NCBI GenBank assembly: GCA_009691185.1
Contig: SHVD01000001.1
Coordinates: forward strand, 1-49,511
Reading direction: 5' to 3'
Length of the DNA stretch: 49,511 nt
Source of the DNA: Candidatus Nanopelagicaceae bacterium
GTDB taxonomy: Bacteria; Actinomycetota; Actinomycetes; Nanopelagicales; Nanopelagicaceae
The translations under genes were made by a program, and so were the position numbers. Below, in pieces: positions 1 to 6,843 of the stretch (position 1 is the first letter of the stretch; the number at the start of each line of letters is the position of its first letter). The notes under the pieces are model-generated. The model made no database searches and was not told the DNA's origin. It was given only the letters and a program-made list of their open reading frames with translations.

Positions 1-617
1 AAAAATGATTCCAGTAAATAAGAACCTAATCTCACCGCGGGTGAAGCTAGTTCATTAGAGTTCATAGAGTTGGGTGTGTCACTTGGAGCATTCATTACAG
101 AAGTCGATCTAGTTCGCATAGTATTTTCAAAACTTAGAGTCTTACTAGGCGAAGTTGTTGGAATAACATGTGAAGTAGTTCTTGTTGATGCTATTGAAAT
201 AAATAATAAAATTGATCCAGTAATACTGGCTAAATTAGCTAAATCTAATAAAATTGAAGTGGCTGTAACAGGCCAAACGAAAGCACTTGTTGGTAGTATA
301 AAAGTGGACATCCGTCCCAAAGTCTTAAAAATACCTTCTGACCACCAACTCCAATGGAAGGCATAAAAAATACTGGCGATAATATTTAGCACAAAATAAG
401 ATCCAACAACCGCAAATAGTGGAACTTCAAACCTTAACAAAAGTGATAACACACCTGCGGCAACTAACAGAATTACACAAAGGGTGTTAAAGATCAAAGT
501 GTCGTCTAGTACTGAGGCGCCGTATTCATTAAATGCTAACACCATACTTATTACTACAAAAAATGCACTTACAAGAAATAAAATGCCCGATATTTTTTTA
601 AAGATTGACAATTTCAT
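1..617 (-). CDS. Membrane protein, probable RDD-family domain at its C-terminus (runs off the window edge)
   Basis: Hand translation: ATG at 617 with GGAGG upstream (621-626), open to position 1. Several hydrophobic helices, then LASPAVRLGSYLLE, which resembles the start of an RDD domain. Not in the ORF track because there is no stop in the window. Confidence 0.6.
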   Translation of the reverse strand, partial: MKLSIFKKISGILFLVSAFFVVISMVLAFNEYGASVLDDTLIFNTLCVILLVAAGVLSLLLRFEVPLFAVVGSYFVLNIIASIFYAFHWSWWSEGIFKTLGRMSTFILPTSAFVWPVTATSILLDLANLASITGSILLFISIASTRTTSHVIPTTSPSKTLSFENTMRTRSTSVMNAPSDTPNSMNSNELASPAVRLGSYLLESF

Positions 618-789
618 AAAGCCTCCACTGAGAGTAATTATGCATTTTTCTCCAAGTCAACGTACCAACTTGGAAGGTCTAATCTAGGTGGTTCAAAAGC
701 GGCAAGCCCTGGAGTAATTGATTTCGAACGAGCTCTTAATATATAAAGAGCACGCTCAGATTTAATAACCCTGGGTCAAATGCCCAACT

Positions 790-809
790 AATTCCTTTTA
801 AAAGGAATT
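790..809 (-). terminator. Perfect 20-bp palindrome just after the stop of 811-1005; possible terminator
   Basis: aattccttttaaaaggaatt. Confidence 0.4.
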
Positions 810-810
810 T

Positions 811-1005
811 TTATACTGAACAACTCATATCTGAACCACAACACATTGGAGATTTTATTTTTCCTTCACATTGTGGGCAGCGAGAGATTTGAACTTTACT
901 TCCATCTGCAAGAGCGAGGGAATCGTTAACAAGTGGTTTGTTGCACTTGGCACAACTCGCATTGACTGACATTTCGCACTTCGCACAAGAATAAGTAGCA
1001 ATCAT
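811..1005 (-). CDS. Small Cys-rich, probable metal-binding protein
   Basis: 64 aa with CAKC, CAKC, CPQC and CC motifs. Confidence 0.7.
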   Translation of the reverse strand: MIATYSCAKCEMSVNASCAKCNKPLVNDSLALADGSKVQISRCPQCEGKIKSPMCCGSDMSCSV

Positions 1006-1130
1006 TCTTCGTTTCCTAGTTCTACTATTAAATAAGCCAATTACTTGGCTTTATCTACTTAGAGCACAGAAAGAATATCAATTAGTAGGACAAAAAATCT
1101 AGTAAATAAAATTAATTTCTGCAATACTTA

Positions 1131-1280
1131 CTGTTGAAGGACAAGTTGGTAGAGCACGGTGACTCACTGAGAATGCGTAAGCAGGCTCTGTGAGGCTGTG
1201 TAGCAATGCTTGAGCGTGAGCGAGAGATTGCTATACGACTCTTAATCACCGGGTCGGGGGTTCGAGTCCCTCACAACCCA
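1131..1280 (+). pseudogene. Decayed tRNA-Lys(CTT) interrupted in the anticodon loop
   Basis: D-loop AGTTGGTAGAGC; anticodon arm GGTGA-CTCTTAA-TCACC split by an insertion; intact GGGGG-TTCGAGT-CCCTC-ACAACCCA. The 5' acceptor strand has decayed (CTGTTGA, only GTTG pairs). Confidence 0.8.
1161..1241 (+). mobile_element. 71-nt two-hairpin insertion flanked by a GACTC direct repeat (76 nt added in total)
   Basis: GACTC at 1161-1165 and 1237-1241; hairpins capped by GTAA and GTGA tetraloops. Confidence 0.55.
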
Positions 1281-1281
1281 C
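1257..1281 (+). repeat. 25-bp att-like core (tRNA-Lys 3' end), copy 1 of 5
   Basis: ggggttcgagtccctcacaacccac, identical at 2627, 3479, 4970 and 6585. Confidence 0.95.
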
Positions 1282-1326
1282 TTATATAAGTGAATCCGAG
1301 ATCTTTATACAAACCATGGATAAATA

Positions 1327-2463
1327 TTAACTTCGCGGAATTCCTAAAACTGGGCGTACCTCTTCAAACATTGTGTAAAAATCAGTTAATTCAACCCCAG
1401 TTGCAGTTTTAAATGAATCTGCAAAGTTCTTCTTCTTACCTAGATTCTTATAAACTTCCATGAATTTTTCGATTCCAACATTAGCTACTAAGAACTCAGT
1501 TGCGATCGCACCAATTCCGTATGGATCGATAGCGTCGGGGCTGCCAGTATTTTTTGTTGCTTCCGATAGTAGATGTGATTTAGTTGAAGGATGATTAGAA
1601 CGCATAACAGCAAATTCCCTGCCTTCAGTAGTATAACTAGCCCATCCTAAGTAACTTGCGGTTTGTAATCCTATAAAAGTTGCCGGACCTTCCCAAAACC
1701 ATTGTGGAGCTATTCCTAAGCCATCTGGACTTGGAACACCACCTGATATCCGCTCTTGAACAGCATGGAAAAACTCATGTCCAGCCATCTGCATCATTCC
1801 CAATTTATCATTCACTAGTAAGTTATTTCTTGTTACTACACCCGAGTTATAAGTATTAGTTGTCGAACCACCGAATCCCGGTGCTCCTTCAGCAAAAGCT
1901 CTGCCACGATCATTTTTTGCCTCATTTTCACTATAGCCATTTTCGATATAAGTTTTTTCCACCCATGCACGATCAATACCAATCACTTCTAAAAATGGTT
2001 TACTTAATTTTGGATAATCAAATGCCTTTGCGACTAGATTCGCTCCATCTTTAACCCAGCCGACTAAGGTTTGATCAGCACCATCTTGGGCAGCAATTTT
2101 AATTACAGTGTCTTTACTTCTAGTTACCGCCACATAGGCTTTAAATTTATCAGTTGCAGCGGTCACAACAGAAGATGAAGAGGTTGGTTTAACCCAACTG
2201 TATTTTTCCCAAAGCGTTGCATAATTAGCTGCGGTAGTTGGTGTAGTGGCAGGAGTTGGGTTTGAAGCAGCAACTGCTACGCCCTTGTTCCAAACTAACT
2301 TCTTTCCAGATTTAACACATGTATAGGTTTTGCTAGCGGCAACTGATTTAATACCTGCCTTAGAACAAGTACCTCCTACTTTGACTGCAGCATTAACAGG
2401 TATTAAAGGGAGGGATAAGAAAAGAGAAAGTATTGGTAAGAAAGCAATTAGCCTCTTATTCAT
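1327..2463 (-). CDS. Secreted Zn-metallopeptidase-like protein (gluzincin-type), cassette 1
   Basis: Start reassigned to MNKRLIAF (2463) by comparison with paralogs; signal peptide; HEFFH plus downstream WFWEG motif. Confidence 0.8.
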   Translation of the reverse strand: MNKRLIAFLPILSLFLSLPLIPVNAAVKVGGTCSKAGIKSVAASKTYTCVKSGKKLVWNKGVAVAASNPTPATTPTTAANYATLWEKYSWVKPTSSSSVVTAATDKFKAYVAVTRSKDTVIKIAAQDGADQTLVGWVKDGANLVAKAFDYPKLSKPFLEVIGIDRAWVEKTYIENGYSENEAKNDRGRAFAEGAPGFGGSTTNTYNSGVVTRNNLLVNDKLGMMQMAGHEFFHAVQERISGGVPSPDGLGIAPQWFWEGPATFIGLQTASYLGWASYTTEGREFAVMRSNHPSTKSHLLSEATKNTGSPDAIDPYGIGAIATEFLVANVGIEKFMEVYKNLGKKKNFADSFKTATGVELTDFYTMFEEVRPVLGIPRS

Positions 2464-2469
2464 CTTTAT

Positions 2470-2498
2470 ACCATAAACCTTATATTTAGTTAATACAA
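2470..2498 (-). promoter_or_regulatory. Sigma70-type promoter, leaderless
   Basis: TTGTAT-N17-TATGGT-N6-ATG, conserved in cassettes 3 and 4. Confidence 0.6.
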
Positions 2499-2517
2499 AG
2501 GGGGTAGCCCAATCTGA

Positions 2518-2651
2518 CCTAAATCTGTTCAAAATCTAGTAAATGTCAGACCACATCTCTACTATGGGAGATAGTTCAAGATCGGTTACATCAATATGTG
2601 GACCATGTGAGTACATAACCCCTATTGGGGTTCGAGTCCCTCACAACCCAC
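2518..2651 (+). repeat. 134-bp cassette-end module A (109-bp arm plus 25-bp tRNA core)
   Basis: cctaaatctgttc...ccctcacaacccac; here followed by CA, giving a CCA end. Confidence 0.95.
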
Positions 2652-2840
2652 CACAGTTTAAGCGTGAAAATTATCTGAATCTATTTAATTGTGCCTTGCT
2701 ATTAAGTTTATCTAACACTTGTCTAACACTCGCCATAGTTCGCAGTAGTCCGCTACGCATGATTACCTAATCAGCGCACACCAAAACACGCCTACAAATA
2801 AATTAACGCGGTCTCCCAGTCATCGCAGTGGGTGAAGTAA

Positions 2841-3299
2841 CTACTTACTTGGCGTAAGGCGCGGGAAAATTGCTGGAACCCGAGCTTTGTATTCGGCATA
2901 ACCTTTGTACTTTGCGCTCAGCATTACTTCTTCCCAACGCAATTTATATGTAAGTAAAATAACCAGGGCCAACCAAAGCAGGATCTGGCTCCAAACCCCG
3001 CTAGAAAGCACAAGTCCAAGGGTGGCTGCAAGTAAACCGGTATATATAGGGTGACGAACGAGGTTGTAGATCCCAGTTGTTACTAATTTGCTGTCTTGAT
3101 TTGGAACTGGATTAGCCGTTAGCGACTTACCTAGTCCACTAAATCCAATGAATATAATAATTACGCCTACTCCGATTAGGAATATCCCGGTAATCGTGGC
3201 CCAACTTTGCGCCTGGGTATCATCTGGAAAAATTACCAGCGCAATTATTAGCGCAAATTGAAGGGCTACTATCATTCGACCTTTTCGCAGATCATCCAC
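2841..3299 (-). CDS. Isoprenylcysteine carboxyl methyltransferase (ICMT/PEMT) family membrane protein, cassette 2
   Basis: LVTTGIYNLVRHPIY, EE and YKARVP motifs; start uncertain (GTG 3299 follows a TAAAAT -10; alternatives 3329 and 3275). Confidence 0.85.
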   Translation of the reverse strand: MDDLRKGRMIVALQFALIIALVIFPDDTQAQSWATITGIFLIGVGVIIIFIGFSGLGKSLTANPVPNQDSKLVTTGIYNLVRHPIYTGLLAATLGLVLSSGVWSQILLWLALVILLTYKLRWEEVMLSAKYKGYAEYKARVPAIFPRLTPSK

Positions 3300-3369
3300 T
3301 CTGCAAATTTTACTAGACTTTAATGACATTAACCTCTAGGTATGGGCAAACGCATCATGGCAAATCCAT

Positions 3370-3503
3370 CCTAAATCTGTTCAAAATCTAGTAAATGTCA
3401 GACCACATCCCTACTATGAGAGATAGTTCAAGATCGGTTACATCCATATGTGGACCATGTGAGTACATAACCCCTATTGGGGTTCGAGTCCCTCACAACC
3501 CAC
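3370..3503 (+). repeat. 134-bp cassette-end module B
   Basis: 3 mismatches to module A by hand count. Confidence 0.95.
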
Positions 3504-3513
3504 AGTCAATAAA

Positions 3514-4803
3514 TTAAGATTTAATTATTTCTACTGTATCTCCAGAATCATCTGATTTAGTAACTTTAATTGTTACACCTTCAGTAGTTACAGATTCACC
3601 TAATGCTCTAGGTGCCTTTAAATAACGAGGATCACTGCTTACATCAGATGGAAATACCTTTACCGGACCTTGACCAGATTGAATTGACGAGTCAACTACA
3701 TAAATTAACGCTCCAGATTTTGCGATATTTTTATCTATACCGATCGCTCTTCTGCTTTCAATTACAACAGCCTTGGTTCTAGATATTGGAATAATCACAG
3801 CTTTAACTCCACCAGAAGTTTGAACTGGTGAGATTAATTCAGTCGATTTAGCATCCTTTAAACACTTAATTTGAGAGTCAGCGATCCAACCTAAATTCCA
3901 TCTTTCAAATGCTAATAAACTTGGTGCATTGCTCTCGTAACTGCTTAAGCCCATATAACTAAACTCACCGGTGTATCTTAAACCATCATAACGATTGGCT
4001 GGATTGCTTTGCGTAAATGCATATAGATCTACCAACCCTAAGGTGTGAGAAACCTCGTGATCTAACCAGATTGATTTCCAATTATTTAGATCATATGCCG
4101 AAGTAGCACCATTAGAAATGTATTTACCATCAAGAGTTATTCCACTCTTTCTAATTGCTGAAAACGCAGGGCCGGAGTCTCCCACTCCCTTTGCATCTGG
4201 ATTAGCTAAAATAATTAAACTATCAGTCTTACTGAAATTAACATCAGCATCAGCTAATTTTGCTGCCTCAGTGATGTAGTCACGATGTTTATCAAATGTC
4301 CAACCACCTTTAACATAATTACTTGAGTTTTTACTCATGCGATACCACTTTAACTGTGGCTTGAATGTGTAACTTAACTTTCCATAAGACATCTCTTTAA
4401 ATACATCAGCAGCAGGGGATATCCGAGCAAATGCATCTGCAGGAGTCATAGTTGCTGGGGCATCTGGAAAATCAACCATTACAACAGTTGCAATTACATC
4501 TCCAGTTGATTTTAATCTTTCATCAATCCGTGGCCAGCCTCCGATCGATACATCACCTAGGCCATCAGCGACCGGTAATTTGCAATCAGCTAATAAATCA
4601 ACAGCTACTACTGCTTTGACACCCTTATCCCATACCAGCTTCTTGCCAGACTTTATGCATGTATAAGTCTTTCCGGATGCTACTGATGTTATTCCGGCAC
4701 TAGTGCATGCCCCACCTGCTTTAACGGCCGCATAAACTGGGAATAAAGGTAAGGATATTGAAAGAGAAAGTATTGTTAAGAAAGCAATTAGCCTCTTATT
4801 CAT
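3514..4803 (-). CDS. Secreted M6-family-like metalloprotease, cassette 3
   Basis: Shared signal peptide and N-domain; VDFPD and HEVSHTLGLVDLY motifs. Confidence 0.8.
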   Translation of the reverse strand: MNKRLIAFLTILSLSISLPLFPVYAAVKAGGACTSAGITSVASGKTYTCIKSGKKLVWDKGVKAVVAVDLLADCKLPVADGLGDVSIGGWPRIDERLKSTGDVIATVVMVDFPDAPATMTPADAFARISPAADVFKEMSYGKLSYTFKPQLKWYRMSKNSSNYVKGGWTFDKHRDYITEAAKLADADVNFSKTDSLIILANPDAKGVGDSGPAFSAIRKSGITLDGKYISNGATSAYDLNNWKSIWLDHEVSHTLGLVDLYAFTQSNPANRYDGLRYTGEFSYMGLSSYESNAPSLLAFERWNLGWIADSQIKCLKDAKSTELISPVQTSGGVKAVIIPISRTKAVVIESRRAIGIDKNIAKSGALIYVVDSSIQSGQGPVKVFPSDVSSDPRYLKAPRALGESVTTEGVTIKVTKSDDSGDTVEIIKS

Positions 4804-4809
4804 CTATAG

Positions 4810-4838
4810 ACCGTAAACCTTATATTTAGTTAATACAA
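4810..4838 (-). promoter_or_regulatory. Sigma70-type promoter, leaderless
   Basis: TTGTAT-N17-TACGGT-N6-ATG. Confidence 0.6.
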
Positions 4839-4860
4839 CGGGTTTAGCCCACCAATATGA

Positions 4861-4994
4861 CCTAAATCTGTTCAAAATCTAGTAAATGTCAGACCACATC
4901 TCTACTATGGGAGATAGTTCAAGATCGGTTACATCAACATGTGGACCATGTGAGTACATAACCCATATTGGGGTTCGAGTCCCTCACAACCCAC
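4861..4994 (+). repeat. 134-bp cassette-end module C
   Basis: 2 mismatches to module A by hand count. Confidence 0.95.
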
Positions 4995-5113
4995 TTATAT
5001 AAGTGAATCCGAGATCTTTATACAAAACATGGATGAATATTAACTTCGCGGAATTCCTAAAACTGGACGTACCTCTTCACAAATTGTATAAGAATCGGTT
5101 AATTCAACCCCAG
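4995..5113 (-). pseudogene. Duplicate of 1282-1400, including a remnant of the cassette-1 gene C-terminus
   Basis: 8 mismatches in 119 bp; encodes GVELTDSYTICEEVRPVLGIPRS* versus GVELTDFYTMFEEVRPVLGIPRS*. Confidence 0.85.
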
Positions 5114-5136
5114 AATGCTCTACTTCATGGCGATGG

Positions 5137-6417
5137 TCATGAGACACGACGATCTCCTTCTAAACTCCATTCAATATATGGTTTGACCTCGTTAAGAAAA
5201 TCCTCGACAGATAGTCCAAAAACTGTTTGGAATGCCTCTTTACTTGCAGCAACCCGCGCCAAATCTTTAGTTAAGTCTTTTGGGTTTAAACTATTGATCG
5301 CTACACTCCAAAAGCTCAACGTTCTCTCAAGACCATACTTGGCTAACAAATATTCATACATCACAGCACCTATCGAATAGTCTTCACCAGATGCATTAAA
5401 TTCTTCATAAGATTTCTTCCACGCCCCATTATTTGCACGTATAAATCCCCGTTTATCTTCACCATAATTTGTCCATATACCATCGGCAGTTAAGAGGTAG
5501 CTCATATATGTAGCCGAGCCTTCCACCATCCATAATGGACCTGTCACTTTAGGAAGTTTTACTGCCTCCTTGGAATCCAACTTGAAACTGGTGTAAATCC
5601 ATTGAATTGCATGGAAAGCTTCATGGATAAGGACGTCTCGTTCCAAATATTTTTCATCGCAATTCGACAGGGCGACCATGCCATATCCAGTACCTAAAAC
5701 AGAGAGGCCTGCGCCTGCGCCTCTATAGTTTGTATAGTCAGCTCCGCGTGCTGCATCAAGAATTAACCCACCCTCGGGTGTGGTTTCACACTTACTTGAG
5801 ACTTGATACATTTTTGAAATCATTAATACGTCCGAAGCTTTTTTTAATACTTGTTCACAAGCCCACTCTTTACTGCTCCCAAAAATATAGATATGTGCCT
5901 TACTATTATTTGGAATCATTGGTGAGTAATACTTCTTCATGATTTCAATCTGTTCAGAATAAAATTTGCGCTTGAGTTCAGTTGTTGTAGGATCCCAGTA
6001 TATTACGAATGGATTATGCACGCTCCCTTTTTGATTTAGAATCACATTCTTTGCAAGGGCTCCAATGAGAGGATAATCAGCGCTCTTAATTGGGTCAACG
6101 CTCTGAAATGGTGCAGCTTTCTTTTTAACTGGAGTTGGAGTTGGTGCAGCTTTCTTTTTAATTGGAGGGTCACAACGGTCAGTTGATACATCGTTTAACA
6201 TCCAAAGTAACCGCGTCCCCACAACTTTTGCACTTTTACCCACACCCTGAAGAATCTCGACTTTGGTACACGTATAGGACTTACCATCTTTTCCAACAGC
6301 TGTAATACCTGCCTTAGAACAAGTGCCTCCTGCTTTAACTTCAGCATTAGCAGGTATTAAAGGGAGGGACAGGAAAAGAGAAAGTATTGGTAAGAAAGTA
6401 ATTAGCTTCTTATTCAT
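5137..6417 (-). CDS. Secreted Zn-metallopeptidase-like protein (gluzincin-type), cassette 4
   Basis: Shared signal peptide; HEAFH plus WMVEG motif; duplicated KKKAAP linker. Confidence 0.8.
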   Translation of the reverse strand: MNKKLITFLPILSLFLSLPLIPANAEVKAGGTCSKAGITAVGKDGKSYTCTKVEILQGVGKSAKVVGTRLLWMLNDVSTDRCDPPIKKKAAPTPTPVKKKAAPFQSVDPIKSADYPLIGALAKNVILNQKGSVHNPFVIYWDPTTTELKRKFYSEQIEIMKKYYSPMIPNNSKAHIYIFGSSKEWACEQVLKKASDVLMISKMYQVSSKCETTPEGGLILDAARGADYTNYRGAGAGLSVLGTGYGMVALSNCDEKYLERDVLIHEAFHAIQWIYTSFKLDSKEAVKLPKVTGPLWMVEGSATYMSYLLTADGIWTNYGEDKRGFIRANNGAWKKSYEEFNASGEDYSIGAVMYEYLLAKYGLERTLSFWSVAINSLNPKDLTKDLARVAASKEAFQTVFGLSVEDFLNEVKPYIEWSLEGDRRVS

Positions 6418-6423
6418 CTGTAG

Positions 6424-6452
6424 ACCATAAACCTTATATTTAGTTAATACAA
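6424..6452 (-). promoter_or_regulatory. Sigma70-type promoter, leaderless
   Basis: TTGTAT-N17-TATGGT-N6-ATG. Confidence 0.6.
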
Positions 6453-6475
6453 CGGGTTGTAGCCCCCCTATATGA

Positions 6476-6609
6476 CCTAAATCTGTTCGATATCTAGTAA
6501 TTGTCAGACCCCATCCCTAATATGGGTTGTGGATCAAGATCGGTTACATCAATATGTGGACCATGAGAGTACATAACCCCTATTGGGGTTCGAGTCCCTC
6601 ACAACCCAC
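6476..6609 (+). repeat. 134-bp cassette-end module D (most diverged)
   Basis: 12 mismatches to module A, all in the arm; core identical. Confidence 0.9.
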
Positions 6610-6841
6610 GAACAGATTTTAAAGTACTCAATTTATGACCTACAACAGTTGTAGTTAGCTCTCCTGCCTTTATTAATCTTATTAAGGCTGCAGGATCCTG
6701 GGCTGAAGTCTTAAGGGTCAAAGATGATTTTGGTACTTTTAAATTACCGCCCCTGGCGATTTTAATAATTTTGCCACTTGCACTGCCCCCGCGATGATTC
6801 CAGGTGACAAGTGAGCCTACTCTCAATATTGATTTACTCAT
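6599..6841 (-). CDS. Small basic DUF2945/HVA1-like (Tudor-fold) protein
   Basis: VGSLVTWN..GG.A.GKI...DP...GHK.S.L pattern; stop codon lies inside the att core. Confidence 0.6.
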   Translation of the reverse strand: MSKSILRVGSLVTWNHRGGSASGKIIKIARGGNLKVPKSSLTLKTSAQDPAALIRLIKAGELTTTVVGHKLSTLKSVRGL

Positions 6842-6843
6842 AT

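Noticed and set aside
70-687. Plus-strand ORFs 70-366 and 484-687
   Set aside because: They are shadows of the longer minus-strand membrane protein ORF (617 to the window edge), which has an RBS.
1131-1280. Functional tRNA-Lys with a group I intron
   Set aside because: The 5' acceptor and D-stem strands no longer pair properly, and the insert is far too short for a group I core.
2543-2770. 75-aa ORF beginning inside the module (conserved peptide?)
   Set aside because: It reads through the tRNA core, the substitutions among copies are mostly non-synonymous, and copy D has an in-frame TGA.
5003-5380. 125-aa plus-strand ORF
   Set aside because: It is antisense to the cassette-4 gene and the duplicated remnant, with no recognisable motif.
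6109-6161. 20-bp direct repeat inside the cassette-4 gene
   Set aside because: It is an in-frame 33-bp-period duplication of a KKKAAP linker, best explained as ordinary slippage.
1257-6609. CRISPR array reading of the 25-bp repeats
   Set aside because: The intervals are 0.85-1.6 kb and contain genes, the repeat is a tRNA 3' end, and there are no cas genes.
2518-6609. Classical integron (attC) or diversity-generating retroelement
   Set aside because: The modules lack the long imperfect palindrome of attC sites, there is no intI or reverse transcriptase in the window, and mismatches between repeats are not adenine-specific.
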